Positions 38,701 to 49,464 of a stretch of 64,000 nt of DNA are shown here, one piece after another. The notes below the pieces were generated by a model. It did not search any database and was not told where the DNA came from. It saw only the letters and a list, made by a program, of their open reading frames with translations. The position numbers and the translations under genes were made by a program. This stretch comes from Bacteroidota bacterium (lineage in GTDB: Bacteria; Bacteroidota; Bacteroidia; M30B66). The DNA is taken from the NCBI GenBank assembly GCA_027483445.1, contig JAIXUS010000038.1:83931-147930 (forward strand), given 5' to 3'. Position 1 is the first letter of the stretch; each line of letters opens with the position of its first letter.

Positions 38701-39155
38701 CGCAATTCGGCATTGCCTGTAAATCGGCGAGCAGTTTCACGAATCACGGCAAAAGCTTCCGGCAGAATTTCTTCAAGCGCCTTTTCGATGCCTTCAACAA
38801 TGGTTTTCTTGAGCCGGTCGATTTCCTCGAAGTGGGTTTCTTTCTCCAGAAAATCCATTTCTGGGTTGGCCTCAATAAGCTGGTTTAATTCAGCAATTCG
38901 AGCCCGTTCGTTGGCCACCTCTTCACGAATTCGCTGGCGGAAAGCGTCTGATTTAGCCCGTAGCTCGTCGTTAGAAATACCGGCAAGTGTGGGGTAAATG
39001 CTGTTTATCTTTTGGAGGATGGGTTGAACTTCCTTCAGATCTCGGTCGGATTTGTTCCCAAGAATTTTTCCCAGAACAGAGTTGATCAGTTTGATCATGG
39101 TAGGTACTACAAATAAGTCGGCAAAATTAACCCAAATTCCTTTCGGGCGGGACAA
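35772..39155 (-). CDS. secA: Preprotein translocase ATPase SecA
   Basis: It has DEAD-like NBD motifs, [13 protein letters not shown] and a C-terminal Zn-binding [14 protein letters not shown]. Confidence 0.95.
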   Translation of the reverse strand: MSRPKGIWVNFADLFVVPTMIKLINSVLGKILGNKSDRDLKEVQPILQKINSIYPTLAGISNDELRAKSDAFRQRIREEVANERARIAELNQLIEANPEMDFLEKETHFEEIDRLKKTIVEGIEKALEEILPEAFAVIRETARRFTGNAELRVTATEFDRELAASRDYVRIEAQEAIYKNSWNAAGSMITWDMVHYDVQLIGGIMLHRGKISEMATGEGKTLVATLPVYLNALSGEGVHVVTVNDYLARRDSEWMGPLYEFHGLRVDCIDKHQPNGSTRRRAYTADITFGTNNEFGFDYLRDNMARGPEELVQRGHNFAIVDEVDSVLIDDARTPLIISGPTPRGENQEFFQLKPRVEKLVTAQKNFINAALTEAKKNFGSDDKAAGMALLRAHRGLPKNKALIKFLSEPGVRILLQKTENFYLQDQGREMPKVDAELFFVIDEKNNTIELTEKGIELITGVSEDPNFFVLPDVGAEIASIEKNTGNAEEKLNQKEELLRDFAVKSERIHTINQLLKAYTLFENNEEYVVMDGKVKIVDEQTGRILDGRRYSDGLHQAIEAKENVTIEAATQTYATITLQNYFRMYNKLAGMTGTAETEAGEFWDIYKLDVAVIPTNRAISRKDQEDLVYKTKREKYNAVIDKIAEETAKGRPVLVGTTSVEISEVLSRMLKLRGIKHNLLNAKHHQREAEIVQEAGQAGTVTIATNMAGRGTDIKLGPGVKEAGGLAIIGTERHESRRVDRQLRGRAGRQGDPGSSQFFVSLEDDLMRLFGSERIARIMDRLGMKEGEVIQSGMITSSIERAQKKVEENNFGIRKRLLEYDDQMNHQREVVYTRRRNALYGDRLAVDIANMIMETCEGIVGGYQDARDYDGFKLEVIRLLAIDTAITEQEFLKEKSNTLGEKLYQEAQAHYLHKSTQIAAMAHPVIAQVYETQSAQYENMLIPITDGQKATQIVVNLRKAYESQGREVIRAMERFITLSMIDEAWKEHLREMDDLKQSVQNAQYEQKDPLLIYKIESFKLFEQMLGKVAREITAFLMKGSLPVNNAPQQGGPAPAQQPRIQQAPQRPLAPPPQLRTSRDELVNQHSPESEARKEPVKAEPKVGRNDPCPCGSGKKYKNCHGLSVNA

Positions 39156-39255
39156 ATTGCCAATAATCGTTCCCTGAACATTTCACCTGACAAAACGACG
39201 AGGCGCCGGCTGAATGATCAACCGACGCCTCGCTAAAAAAAATAAAACGTTGTTA

Positions 39256-42200
39256 CTACTGCACTTTTACAAAGCTTCTTACTGTTGTGCGGAGGTCTGT
39301 CAGAATGGCCACCTGATAGGTTCCGGCCGCCAAACTTGAAGTATTCAGCACATAACGGTGATCGGCCGTACGTTGAACATCAACCGCAACAACACGACCA
39401 CTAAGATCGAACACACTGATGCTTTGAACCTTGGTAGCAGCTACAGACTCGATTACAACACTTTCCTGGGCTGGGTTTGGATACAATACAAAACCTTCAA
39501 CAGCGGCTGTTTCAATACCTGCACAGTCTTCGGTTGTAATTGCAGTTTCAGCCGCTGAGGTGCAGCCTTTATCATCAGTAAAGCTGTAAACAATCGTATA
39601 AACGCCTGCTTCAGCTGCATTAAATACGCCGTTGTTAACATTCAGGCCTGAGAAGGTTCCTCCAACGGGCGAACCTCCTGCAAGGGTAATCGGAGTGTTA
39701 ATGCAAACTGTGTTTTGGCTCAACGTTAAGCTTACTGTTGGAAGTGGATTCACCAACACAGAAATCGGTGTAGATTCATTCTGACATCCGGCTGCATTGG
39801 TTACCTCAAGCGTGTAGCTTCCTGATTCCTCTGCAGTAAAGGTATTCAGGTTGGCCCCGGCAATCGGATTGCCATCTACAAGCCACTGATATACAATACC
39901 CACAGCCGAAGCAGTGCTTATCGACACGGTCTCACCTTCGCAAAAAGTGGTTGGACCATCAGCGGTCAATGTAGGCTCACCAGGCGTTTGGCCAACTGTT
40001 ACGGTAATTACAGAAGACGTCGAACTGCAATTGTTTTGATCGGTCACCGTAACGGTATAGTTGCCCGCATTGATGGCGATGAAGGTTTGAGCAGTAGCTC
40101 CTGAGATTGCGCTTCCATTGTTGCTCCACTGGTATGTGAGCCCTGCTACATCATTCGCATTTAACACCACAGAATTGCCGTCGCAAATGGCAGGATTACC
40201 TGCAAAGGTGATGGCCGCAGCGGTTCCGGCTACATTCACGGCAATGGCTGGAGAATTAGCCGCACAACCGTTCAGATCAGTCACTGTTACCGAATAATTT
40301 CCGGTCTGATTTACGTTCAACACGCTATTCACCGCACCATTGATGGCGTTTCCGTTGTTATTCCACTGATAGTTTAAGCCATTACCACTCGAACCCTGCA
40401 ACAATACGTTGCCGCCTACGCAAAATGTAGTAGGTCCGTTTGGAGTAATGGTGGCATTCGGCAATGGATTCACAGTAACTACGTTGGCCGTGCTGGTTGA
40501 TGAACAGCCATTGGTACTGGTTACAACAACAGCGAAAGAGCCAGCCGCATTGGCCGCATAGGTTGCATTGGTTGCACCCGAAATGTTGGCCCCATTCAAC
40601 TGCCATTGGAACGTATTTCCAGCTGCCGGTGAGGCTGTTAGGTTAACGGAACTTCCCTGACAAATCGACAAAGGTCCTGAAGCAGCTACGCTCACCTGAG
40701 GTGCCGCCAGAATATTCACAACAGCAGCATTCGAGGTAGATGAACAATTAGCTCCCTGAGAAACGGTAACAGTGTAATTTCCGGCAACTGCAGCGGTGTA
40801 CGACTGTGTGGTGGCTCCATTGATTGGCGCTCCATTGAGCAACCACTGATAGCTTAGGTTAGCACCCGTATTGGCATTCAGAACAACAGTATTGCCTGCA
40901 CATACAGTTGTATTTCCTACAGCAGTAATCGTTGCAGTTGGTGGTGCAGTAACATTTACCGCAATTGCAGAACTCGTTGCCGAACAGCCATTTAAACTTA
41001 CGGTAACCGTGTAGTTTCCGGTAGAGGTCGCATTAAATGCCGAAGAAGTTGCACCGGCAATCGGGCTGGCTCCATTATTCCATTGGTAGCTGGCACCGGC
41101 CACTTCGCTCGCACTTAAACTAACAGTTGCACCCTGGCAAACCGTAGTTGGACCATTGGCAGACGCTGCCGCCGCCGGTGTTGGGTTCACCACTACATTG
41201 ATGGCACTCGAAGTGGCAGCACAAGCCGAAGTCGTTACAACCACCGTGTAGCTTCCTGAAGCACTGGCAGTATAACTTTGTGCGACAGCCCCACCGATAG
41301 CAACACCGTTGTTTTGCCATTGATAGCTAGCTCCTGCTACATTGCCCGCATTAAGCACTACCGAACCTCCTTGACAGAAAGTAGTTGGTCCTGCTGCATT
41401 AGCCGTAGCATTGGGTCCGGCCACAACGTTAATTGTAATGCTATTAGATGTTGTTGAGCAATTTGCGCCCACTGAGGCAACCGCTGTATATGTTCCGGCC
41501 TGAGAAGCCGTGTAGGTAGTACCTGTTGCGCCGGAAATATCGCTTCCGTTTAATCTCCACTGAATATTCACACCGGGCTGAGTGGTAATGCTTAACACGG
41601 TATTACTACCCTGACAAATTGTGGTGCTACCACCCGCCGAAATCACTGCAGTTGGAGCACTTACTATGCTTACAGTAATGGCATTGGATGTTCCTGTACA
41701 GTTAGGCGCTGCCGTAGCAACTACTGTGTATGAGCCAGCGAGTGTCGCTGTAAAGTTGGCATTGGTCGCTCCATTGATCGGAGTATTGTCTCTAAACCAT
41801 TGGAAGGTCAAACCAGGTGTAGCAGCCGTGCTCAACGCCACAGTACCTCCGGTACACACTGTAATTGGGCCTCCTGCGGTAATGGTTGGTGATGGCTGTG
41901 GGGTGATGACTACATCAACCGCATTCGATGTGGCTGTACAATTGTTGGCATCTGTGATGACTACCGTGTAACTACCGCTCTGGTTGGCAGAAACAGTGTT
42001 CGCCGTAGCTCCCGTGATATTTACTCCATTGCGACGCCACTGATAGGTGATGCCTGCCTGCTGAGGAACACTAATGTTTACCGACCCATTGCCACAAATG
42101 GTAGTGTTTCCTTGAGCCGTGGCCACAGGGGCGGGCAGGTTACACCCGGCTGGAGTGCCCAACACATATACATAGAATGTACTGTTGGTAACAGTAGGAT

Positions 42201-44634
42201 CGAAGTCATACACACGCATGTAATAGGTTTGACCCGGTGTGAGGTTTGTGAACGGCTGCGTTTCAACGTCGTACGTTCCGGTTGTAACATTATTTACACA
42301 CTGAACAGATGTGAGGTTGGCGCAGGTTCCTGAATATACTTGAAATACAGGCGAGAAATTCAAATCGCCACCCACGCTTATGGTCGTCCCGGCAGGGTTT
42401 TGCCCCGCAACGAAACTAAACCACACATCGTCGTTCGCATTACCGGTACAACCAGTACTCGACTGTGTAGCAAAGGCTGTGTTAAAATAGTCGTAAGTAG
42501 CAGGCGTTTCAGTTACCAATGGAATTGCCGTGTTGCAATTGTCGTTTGGCGATGAGGTATTGGTGATGACACAAATGTTAAAGTCAGGAGCCGTTGCGGC
42601 AAGTCCACGGTAGTCGTACACTCTAAAGAAGTACGTTTGACCAACTACAAGACCAGTGGCTGTTAGATTCTCGTCAACTCCTGGCAGGAAGAAATCAGAG
42701 CAACCTCTCGAAACAAGAGCATTACAATTCCCTGAGAAATACTCAATAACAGGGTCGCTGTCATTTACAGATGCCGCGCGAATTGTAACCGATGAAGAGT
42801 TGGCAACAAAGCTGAACCAAATGTCTTGCGCTGGATCTCCGCCGGGAGAACAGGTAGGTATATTTGAGCTTGTAGCCTGAGCTGCATTGAATGCCTGAGG
42901 GTTACACGTAGAAGACGGCGTAAGAGCGATTGCTCCTGAACACTCATCATTGGTGAAGGGGCTAAGTTCATTTTGATTAAAGGCACAGAAACTAAACGCT
43001 AGGTTAGCATCTGCGTTCTGGTTTGCATCTGCGATACGAACAAAAAATGGAGCCGTGGAAGCAATGGGAGGACCAATCACTACATTTTCAGCTTCGCCTG
43101 GGCCTGTAAAATTGGCGCATCCAATAAACTCCAATGCCCCACAATCTGTACCTTGGTATATTTCTACGATGAGGTCAACAGTCGCACCTTGTGGCGTAGC
43201 CTGGTAAAATACAGAATCGCTTAAGGCACTAAACTGAAACCACACATCGCTTGCATATTGCAGTAAGCAATCATCACCTGTTGGAGCGGATTCTGTGTAA
43301 TCACCAAGATTAACCTCAATAGGATTGGTACAAATATCTGTAGTTGGAACTACAATGGCATTGTCGCAATCATCGCCCTCAACATTAAACTCATTGGTTT
43401 GAAAAACACAAACGCTAAAGTTAGGATTGGTTGCAGCAGCAGCCTGCAAATGATAAACCCTCAACCAAATAGGTGTTCCAATAGGAACGCCAACCATGCC
43501 CGAAGTAATAAACTCACCAAGGCCATCAGTACCTTGGTTAAAGCAACCTGCAGAGGTTAATGAATTACAATCTAAGCCAATAAATACCTCCACCACAGGG
43601 TCTAAGCCCGCGCCGCTCGGCACAACGTCAATAAACAGTGTCTCCTCAGAAATCGAGTTGAATGAAAACCAAACGTCATCTGTATTTGTACCCGCACATC
43701 CTGTCGCAGGCGTGCTTCCAGTGGCACCTTGCAGCGTTGAGTTAATGGCAAAACAAGACGTCCCAACCGGTACAATTGTGGCCCCGATGCAATTGTCGTT
43801 CGCCGGTGCCGAGCCGCCTCCGCCGCTTACCAAACGATAAACAACCGTTGTGTTTGTGGAGTTCGTTATGCAGCTGGCTTGGTTTACCAATAGATTCACC
43901 TGACCAGTAAATGTGGCAGTCCATGTAATCTTGGCATCGTCGCCACAGGTATTGTCGGCAAAGGCGATAGCACTCGCTGTATTGGCGGCATTAAACAGAC
44001 TGAGCTGCGAATCATAGGTTGAGTTACCGCCATCGGCAGCACAGGTAGACCATTCGTAAGTGCTACCCTGTGTTACGTTGTATACTGAATACTCCCCAGC
44101 ATAAATATTGGTAGCTGCACTTTGAAAAACAGCCGACGATGGAGTGAAGATCGTCGAAGGAAATTGAGTTCCAACAAAAGGACAACCAATCCCTGCCGGA
44201 GCAGAAACACGACGGTACATTAAGGTTGTTGCAATTAAATTGGTATCACAACTCCAACGGTTTACCTGAACGTATACCTGACCACTAAAATTGGCGGTCC
44301 AGTTGATTTTGGCATCGTCGCCGCAAAAATCGTCAGAATATCCAATCGACGTTGAAGTGTTGCTGGCATTAAAAAGTGTCAGCTGAGAATCGTAGGTGGC
44401 ATTTCCACCATCGGCTGCACAAAGCGACCACTCATACACGGCTCCGTTGGTTACATTGTAAACAGAGTATTCTCCGGCATAAATTATTGTAGAAGCCGCC
44501 TGAAAAGTGGTCGACGTAGGGGTGAAAATGGTGGTAGGGAACTGAACATTCGAAAATGTGCATTGACCGTGCACAATCCCCGAATTAAATACACCTGCCG
44601 CTGAGAGCACCAGCAAGAGAAGAAGTCGTTTCAT
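39256..44634 (-). CDS. Large (1792 aa) adhesin-like T9SS type-A cargo: tandemly duplicated N-terminal module, PPC-like domains, about 12 Ig-like repeats, Por C-terminal domain
   Basis: It has a signal peptide. Two modules of roughly 130 aa are about 70% identical (…IYAGEYSVYNVT…YEWSxCAADGGNxTYDSQL…). The repeat is C…W…G…Y…C-type (…TICxGxxVxL…YQWxxNG…GAT…). The C-terminus is LYPNPAQESVVIE…VFDLSGRVV…GTYQVAI. Confidence 0.85.
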   Translation of the reverse strand: MKRLLLLLVLSAAGVFNSGIVHGQCTFSNVQFPTTIFTPTSTTFQAASTIIYAGEYSVYNVTNGAVYEWSLCAADGGNATYDSQLTLFNASNTSTSIGYSDDFCGDDAKINWTANFSGQVYVQVNRWSCDTNLIATTLMYRRVSAPAGIGCPFVGTQFPSTIFTPSSAVFQSAATNIYAGEYSVYNVTQGSTYEWSTCAADGGNSTYDSQLSLFNAANTASAIAFADNTCGDDAKITWTATFTGQVNLLVNQASCITNSTNTTVVYRLVSGGGGSAPANDNCIGATIVPVGTSCFAINSTLQGATGSTPATGCAGTNTDDVWFSFNSISEETLFIDVVPSGAGLDPVVEVFIGLDCNSLTSAGCFNQGTDGLGEFITSGMVGVPIGTPIWLRVYHLQAAAATNPNFSVCVFQTNEFNVEGDDCDNAIVVPTTDICTNPIEVNLGDYTESAPTGDDCLLQYASDVWFQFSALSDSVFYQATPQGATVDLIVEIYQGTDCGALEFIGCANFTGPGEAENVVIGPPIASTAPFFVRIADANQNADANLAFSFCAFNQNELSPFTNDECSGAIALTPSSTCNPQAFNAAQATSSNIPTCSPGGDPAQDIWFSFVANSSSVTIRAASVNDSDPVIEYFSGNCNALVSRGCSDFFLPGVDENLTATGLVVGQTYFFRVYDYRGLAATAPDFNICVITNTSSPNDNCNTAIPLVTETPATYDYFNTAFATQSSTGCTGNANDDVWFSFVAGQNPAGTTISVGGDLNFSPVFQVYSGTCANLTSVQCVNNVTTGTYDVETQPFTNLTPGQTYYMRVYDFDPTVTNSTFYVYVLGTPAGCNLPAPVATAQGNTTICGNGSVNISVPQQAGITYQWRRNGVNITGATANTVSANQSGSYTVVITDANNCTATSNAVDVVITPQPSPTITAGGPITVCTGGTVALSTAATPGLTFQWFRDNTPINGATNANFTATLAGSYTVVATAAPNCTGTSNAITVSIVSAPTAVISAGGSTTICQGSNTVLSITTQPGVNIQWRLNGSDISGATGTTYTASQAGTYTAVASVGANCSTTSNSITINVVAGPNATANAAGPTTFCQGGSVVLNAGNVAGASYQWQNNGVAIGGAVAQSYTASASGSYTVVVTTSACAATSSAINVVVNPTPAAAASANGPTTVCQGATVSLSASEVAGASYQWNNGASPIAGATSSAFNATSTGNYTVTVSLNGCSATSSAIAVNVTAPPTATITAVGNTTVCAGNTVVLNANTGANLSYQWLLNGAPINGATTQSYTAAVAGNYTVTVSQGANCSSTSNAAVVNILAAPQVSVAASGPLSICQGSSVNLTASPAAGNTFQWQLNGANISGATNATYAANAAGSFAVVVTSTNGCSSTSTANVVTVNPLPNATITPNGPTTFCVGGNVLLQGSSGNGLNYQWNNNGNAINGAVNSVLNVNQTGNYSVTVTDLNGCAANSPAIAVNVAGTAAAITFAGNPAICDGNSVVLNANDVAGLTYQWSNNGSAISGATAQTFIAINAGNYTVTVTDQNNCSSTSSVITVTVGQTPGEPTLTADGPTTFCEGETVSISTASAVGIVYQWLVDGNPIAGANLNTFTAEESGSYTLEVTNAAGCQNESTPISVLVNPLPTVSLTLSQNTVCINTPITLAGGSPVGGTFSGLNVNNGVFNAAEAGVYTIVYSFTDDKGCTSAAETAITTEDCAGIETAAVEGFVLYPNPAQESVVIESVAATKVQSISVFDLSGRVVAVDVQRTADHRYVLNTSSLAAGTYQVAILTDLRTTVRSFVKVQ

Positions 44635-44813
44635 GTTTGTTTTAGGTTTAGGGACGCGAAAATAGTAAAATCATCCATAGCCCTGTAAGCTTTGAGGAAT
44701 TTATGAGACGATTTAACGAATCAATCTACTTGAAAAACAGTGGCATATCACTTCTACCACTTGATAAAAGGTGCATTTCTTACAAGAAAAACACATTAAC
44801 AACCCGCAAGTTA

Positions 44814-45392
44814 TCAGCGCTCATAAAAATGCATCTCTAGCATATACTCATACACCTTTTCGGGCATCAAAAACCGAACGTCTTTCTTTTGTGCAATGGC
44901 ATCACGAATGAATGTGGATGATATTTCCATCAATGGCAATCCACTCACCCACTCCACCGAAGGGTGCTCACGCAATGCACCGCCATCATGCCCCGGACGA
45001 GGAAAAACAAAAAGCTTATGATGCTCAAGAATGGCTTCCGGGTTGCGCCATTTCGGAAAAGTCTCCAAACTATCGCTGCCCAATATCAACGAAAAGGTAT
45101 GCTGAGGATACTTCTCCTTCAAATGGGCTAAAGTAACCGCAGTATATGAAGGTTTAGGCAAACCGAATTCAATATCAGTTACTTGCAAATAAGAATATTC
45201 CTCCACGGCAATCCGCGCCAGCGCCAAACGATGGTAGTCGGCCAACAAGGTTTTACGGGCCTTTAGCGGATTTTGAGGACTTAACACCAACCACACCTTC
45301 TCAAGTCCGGTAAATTGAGCCATAAAGCCGGCTATCGCCAAATGGCCGTTGTGAATTGGATTAAACGAACCGAAAAATAACCCGATGTGCAT
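44814..45392 (-). CDS. nadD: Nicotinate-nucleotide adenylyltransferase
   Basis: It has GLFFGSFNPIHNGH (HxGH) and a C-terminal SSTxIR motif. Confidence 0.9.
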   Translation of the reverse strand: MHIGLFFGSFNPIHNGHLAIAGFMAQFTGLEKVWLVLSPQNPLKARKTLLADYHRLALARIAVEEYSYLQVTDIEFGLPKPSYTAVTLAHLKEKYPQHTFSLILGSDSLETFPKWRNPEAILEHHKLFVFPRPGHDGGALREHPSVEWVSGLPLMEISSTFIRDAIAQKKDVRFLMPEKVYEYMLEMHFYER

Positions 45393-45961
45393 CAGGATTC
45401 GAATAAGAACGTCTTGGCCAGCCCCAAAGCCTCCTTCAAGGCTGTTTCAAGGGTATCGTTGATGAGTATTTTATCGGCGTGCCGGGCATACTCCATCTCA
45501 CGGGCAGCCTTGGCAACCCTTACTTCATAGTCTTTCTGCGTTTCAGTCGCCCGCAACCTCAAGCGCTCCTTAAGCACCTCAAGCGAAGGCGGCTGTACAA
45601 AAACCAACATCGCCCGATCACCATAGTGGCGCTTGATGTTCAACCCGCCCTCAACATCTACATCGAAAATCACATGGTTGCCACGGTTCCAAATGCGCTC
45701 AATCTCACTTTTCAGCGTTCCGTAAAATGTACCCGGATACACCTCCTCCCACTCCAAAAACTCCTGTTTACCAATACGTTCCGTGAATTCATCGGTTGCG
45801 ATAAAGTAGTAATCCACCCCGTTAACCTCATTCGGACGCTGCTTACGATTGGTGGCAGAAACAGAAAATTCAACGCCCGGAATGTTCTCCAGAATATGCC
45901 TCACGATCGTGGTCTTTCCGGCTCCGCTTGGCGCACAAACGATGATTAACTTTCCGCTCAC
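45392..45961 (-). CDS. gmk: Guanylate kinase
   Basis: It has a P-loop GPSGAGKTT and the GMP-binding motifs SATNR and Y. Confidence 0.9.
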   Translation of the reverse strand: MSGKLIIVCAPSGAGKTTIVRHILENIPGVEFSVSATNRKQRPNEVNGVDYYFIATDEFTERIGKQEFLEWEEVYPGTFYGTLKSEIERIWNRGNHVIFDVDVEGGLNIKRHYGDRAMLVFVQPPSLEVLKERLRLRATETQKDYEVRVAKAAREMEYARHADKILINDTLETALKEALGLAKTFLFES

Positions 45962-46821
45962 AATATATTGTTGAGTTGTTCCTTCATCTTTTCGAGTTCG
46001 TCTTTCATCAACACCACTAAACGCTGAATACCGGCATGGTTAGCCTTCGACCCAATGGTGTTGATTTCACGACCCATCTCCTGTGAAATAAAGCCCAGCT
46101 TTCTTCCCTGAGATTCGGGTTCCGACAAAACCTCTGCAAAATAACGACAATGGGTTAGCAAACGCTGCTTCTCTTCCGAAATATCGAGCTTCTCGAGGTA
46201 GTAAATCATCTCCTCTTCAAACCGATTTTCATCAACATTCACCTGCCAATCCTGCAATCGCTGCCGCAAACGCTCACGAAGCCCTTGCGTGCGCTCCGGC
46301 TCCAACTCTGCGATTTGCAACAATGCCCTTTCGATCGCCTCGAGCCTTTGTCTTAAATCGGCCTCCAGACCAGAACCTTCGCGCTGACGGAACGCAAAGG
46401 TCTCTTTCAGTGCAGCTTGCACAGCCTCTTGAACTACGTGCCACTCTGCTTCAGAAAGCGGCTCCTCCGGTTCTTGGAAAACATCAGCCATCCCAAGCAC
46501 CACCGAAAAAACCGATGAAGTATCCACACCGAGATTGTTGCCAATCTTCCGCAATTGCTCCACTCGACCGGCAATCAACGCTTCGTTCAGCATGAGATTG
46601 TCGCCACCATCAGACTTAAACGTGATGAAAACATCCACTTTCCCACGCTCCAAGACCTTTGCGAGCTGCTGACGAATTTCTGCCTCCTTTTCCCTGAGCA
46701 CCTGAGGTAGCCTTAAGTTTACGTCTAACTGCTTGCTATTCAAGGTGCGAATGTCAACCAGCAAGGATCTAAGCCCCAATGCAGCCTGACATTTCCCGAA
46801 GCCGGTCATCGATTGTATCAT
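45958..46821 (-). CDS. yicC: YicC-family stress-induced protein
   Basis: It has an N-terminal MIQSMTGFG and a C-terminal DUF1732-like region (ISEE…RL…E…KMKEQ). There is a 4-nt overlap with gmk. Confidence 0.85.
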   Translation of the reverse strand: MIQSMTGFGKCQAALGLRSLLVDIRTLNSKQLDVNLRLPQVLREKEAEIRQQLAKVLERGKVDVFITFKSDGGDNLMLNEALIAGRVEQLRKIGNNLGVDTSSVFSVVLGMADVFQEPEEPLSEAEWHVVQEAVQAALKETFAFRQREGSGLEADLRQRLEAIERALLQIAELEPERTQGLRERLRQRLQDWQVNVDENRFEEEMIYYLEKLDISEEKQRLLTHCRYFAEVLSEPESQGRKLGFISQEMGREINTIGSKANHAGIQRLVVLMKDELEKMKEQLNNIL

Positions 46822-46850
46822 CGCCCCAAAAGTAGGAATTCCCGCTTAGC

Positions 46851-47510
46851 TTGCTCCTATTCGTGACTACAATCACCTTTCGCTACACCACTTTTACCCA
46901 CCTTTGCGCCATCGAAAAGCAAATCCCTATGCCACAGGTTTTTCACTCCTTTCCCGAATACCTCGATGCCGTCGAACAGTTGGTCAATCAAAAGGCGACC
47001 TCCGGACCTCAACAAACTGAGGCTCTCATTGACTTCACCCGCCTGAACTTGAGCCGTATGAAAAGGGTGTACAAAACCTTCAAGCCATCAGAAACGGTTT
47101 TAGAAACGCTTCGCGGGATGGCATCCTGCACTCTTACACTGCTTACCGAAGCCTGGTGCGGCGACGCAGCCCAAACAACACCGGTAATCGCCCGGTTGGC
47201 CGAAGCCATCCCAAACTGCCGCTTCAGTATAGTGTACCGCGACGAAAATCTCAGTCTCATGGATCGGTTCCTCACAAATGGAAGCCGTTCAATCCCCATG
47301 CTCATCCTTGAAGACTCCAACGGAAATGTCGTAAATCACTGGGGGCCTCGACCAGCCGCCTTGCAACACAAGTTTATGGAAGGCAAAAATGCAGGCACTC
47401 CCAAAGCTGAACTCCAACTGATGTCGCAAGAATGGTACAACAGCGATAAAGGAAAAAGCACCGAAGCCGAATTGGCCACGATGCTTTCTCCACTCACTTT
47501 TCAGCGTTAA
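46851..47510 (+). CDS. Thioredoxin-fold family protein (likely start at internal MPQVF…)
   Basis: It has a Trx-like beta-alpha-beta with WCGDA and cis-Pro-like IPM. Only one Cys sits at the active-site position, so this is not a canonical CxxC. Confidence 0.5.
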   Translation: MLLFVTTITFRYTTFTHLCAIEKQIPMPQVFHSFPEYLDAVEQLVNQKATSGPQQTEALIDFTRLNLSRMKRVYKTFKPSETVLETLRGMASCTLTLLTEAWCGDAAQTTPVIARLAEAIPNCRFSIVYRDENLSLMDRFLTNGSRSIPMLILEDSNGNVVNHWGPRPAALQHKFMEGKNAGTPKAELQLMSQEWYNSDKGKSTEAELATMLSPLTFQR

Positions 47511-47517
47511 CAGCCTT

Positions 47518-49464
47518 CTAAAGCGTTTCCTTCAGCCAACGGTAAAATTCACGCTGCCAAACCAAGGCATTGTGCGGCTGTAAAATCCAATGGTTCTCGT
47601 CGGGGAAATACAATAATCTGCTCTTTATGCCTCGCAATTGAAGTGCAGTATAGGCCTGGAAGCCCTGCGACTCGGGCACGCGATAATCAAGCCCGCCATG
47701 AATCACCAACATCGGCGTGTCCCAGTTCGCAACCTTGTCGATCGGGTTAAAGTCCTGATAACTCTTCATCGCCGCTCCATTCTCCTTTTCCCAATACGCC
47801 CCCCCAATATCGAAGTTGGTGAAGAAGATTTCTTCGGTTGTGCCGTACATCGACTTTAAATCGAACACACCGGCATGCGCAATGAACGACTTAAACCGTT
47901 TCTGATGAATGCCCGCCAGATAAAACACTGAATACCCGCCATAGCTGGCACCAATGCAGCCCAAACGCTCCTTGTCTACGTAAGCCTCCTTCGATACATC
48001 GTCTATAGCGCTGAGGTAATCGTCCATAACCTGACCACCCCAGTCTTTGCTAATCTGCTCATTCCACGCAACGCCGTGCCCAGGCATTCCGCGACGGTTT
48101 GGAGCTACTACAATGTATCCGTTGGCCGCCATCAACTGAAAATTCCAACGCAACGAGTACATCTGCGTTAATGCCGACTGCGGCCCGCCCTGGCAATACA
48201 ACAATGTTGGATACTTCTTCGCCGGATCAAAATCGGGCGGATACACCACCCAAACCAACATCTTCTTACCATCTGTAGTGGTTACATACCGCTTTTCGGT
48301 CTTGCTCTTCGAAATCCCGGAGTAAAACTCATCATTTACCTTGGTGAGCTGCTTTAACTCGTTGGTTTTCAGATTAAAGGTGTAAAACTCCACGGCTCGG
48401 TTCATGTCGTTACGACTTAACACAAGAAGGTCGCCCGATTGCCCAACAATCTCATTGATGTCGAACATTCCGCTGCACAAAGGCTTCACCATGGGTTGCT
48501 TTTTCGACATTCCGGGGTAATCCACAGTCATCAACTGTTTGGTACCATCAACCGGGGCTACGAAAAACAACTGCTTTCCATCAGCCGCCCAGCGGTACGA
48601 CAGCACCGTTCCGTCCCACGAAGCCGTGAGATTCTTCACCACACCGTTTTTATCCATCACCAAAATATCGTTCTTATCGGCCTCAAAACCATCCCGGGCC
48701 ATACTCAACCAGGCCAAATCGTTGTTCTTCGAAAACGATGGATCCGTGTCATAACCCATTCTGCCTTCCGTTAAATTCCGGGTTGCTCCGCTGGCTACAT
48801 CATAACTGTACAAATCGGTGTTGGTACTCAACACATAGTCGGTTCCGTATTTCTTTTTGCACACATACACCACCGATTTGCCATCAGCACTCCAAGTGAA
48901 ATCAGACTCATCGCCAAAAGGCAAAGTCGGAGTGTCGTATTTTTCGTTAGGCATCAGATCAAGGCCTTCGCCCGGTTTTCCGTTGTTGAGTTTGTGTAGA
49001 AAAAGGTGGTTGTATTCTCCGTCTTCCCAGCTGTCCCAATGCCGATGATGTAAAGCATCATAAATCTTGGCCGAGGTTTTCGAAGCATCAGGGTAATATT
49101 CGGTACCCAAAACCTTCTCGAGCTTTACCGCCTTGTAACTCAGCGAGTATAAACCATCGGGCGAAGCAGACTTGTTGCTCACCAAATCGCCCACCGAATC
49201 GAGCTTTACAGGCTCTCCACCGGCAAGCGGAATGCGATACAAGGTGGAGCTGTTCTTGGGCGCTCCGAGGTCGGTTCGCGTAACCTTGTAAATAAACGAA
49301 CTGCCATCACGACTAATGCCCACAGCGCTAACCCTGCCCAACTGCCAGAGTTTTTCGGGTGTAATCGGCGACTGCGCCTGCAGCAGAAGGCTACTGAAGA
49401 AAAGGAAAAGAAAACTTGTTCTCATACGGTGTATTTGGAAGAGGCGGCAAGATACAGAGTTCAA
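47518..49464 (-). CDS. S9-family serine peptidase (prolyl oligopeptidase/dipeptidyl-peptidase type) with N-terminal beta-propeller; secreted
   Basis: It has a signal peptide (FLFLFFSSLLLQAQ), a nucleophile elbow GASYGGY, and later D and H (…LVIHGGLDYRV…NHW). Confidence 0.85.
   Translation of the reverse strand: MNSVSCRLFQIHRMRTSFLFLFFSSLLLQAQSPITPEKLWQLGRVSAVGISRDGSSFIYKVTRTDLGAPKNSSTLYRIPLAGGEPVKLDSVGDLVSNKSASPDGLYSLSYKAVKLEKVLGTEYYPDASKTSAKIYDALHHRHWDSWEDGEYNHLFLHKLNNGKPGEGLDLMPNEKYDTPTLPFGDESDFTWSADGKSVVYVCKKKYGTDYVLSTNTDLYSYDVASGATRNLTEGRMGYDTDPSFSKNNDLAWLSMARDGFEADKNDILVMDKNGVVKNLTASWDGTVLSYRWAADGKQLFFVAPVDGTKQLMTVDYPGMSKKQPMVKPLCSGMFDINEIVGQSGDLLVLSRNDMNRAVEFYTFNLKTNELKQLTKVNDEFYSGISKSKTEKRYVTTTDGKKMLVWVVYPPDFDPAKKYPTLLYCQGGPQSALTQMYSLRWNFQLMAANGYIVVAPNRRGMPGHGVAWNEQISKDWGGQVMDDYLSAIDDVSKEAYVDKERLGCIGASYGGYSVFYLAGIHQKRFKSFIAHAGVFDLKSMYGTTEEIFFTNFDIGGAYWEKENGAAMKSYQDFNPIDKVANWDTPMLVIHGGLDYRVPESQGFQAYTALQLRGIKSRLLYFPDENHWILQPHNALVWQREFYRWLKETL

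Noticed and set aside
35793-38997. Numerous 60-220-aa ORFs antisense or frame-shifted inside secA (e.g. 36486..37157 at 223 aa, 37974..38468, 38535..38888)
   Set aside because: They lie entirely within a highly conserved housekeeping CDS on the opposite strand and have low-complexity, Arg/Leu-rich composition. They are by-products of the coding-strand codon bias.
39358-43924. Small ORFs inside the 1792-aa adhesin, the PKD giant and other large genes (e.g. 41621..41971, 42112..42333, 27873..28149, 49911..50465, 17598..17989)
   Set aside because: They are antisense or overlapping-frame artefacts of long repetitive Gly/Thr/Ala-rich genes. They have no ribosome-binding site or start context and no independent support.
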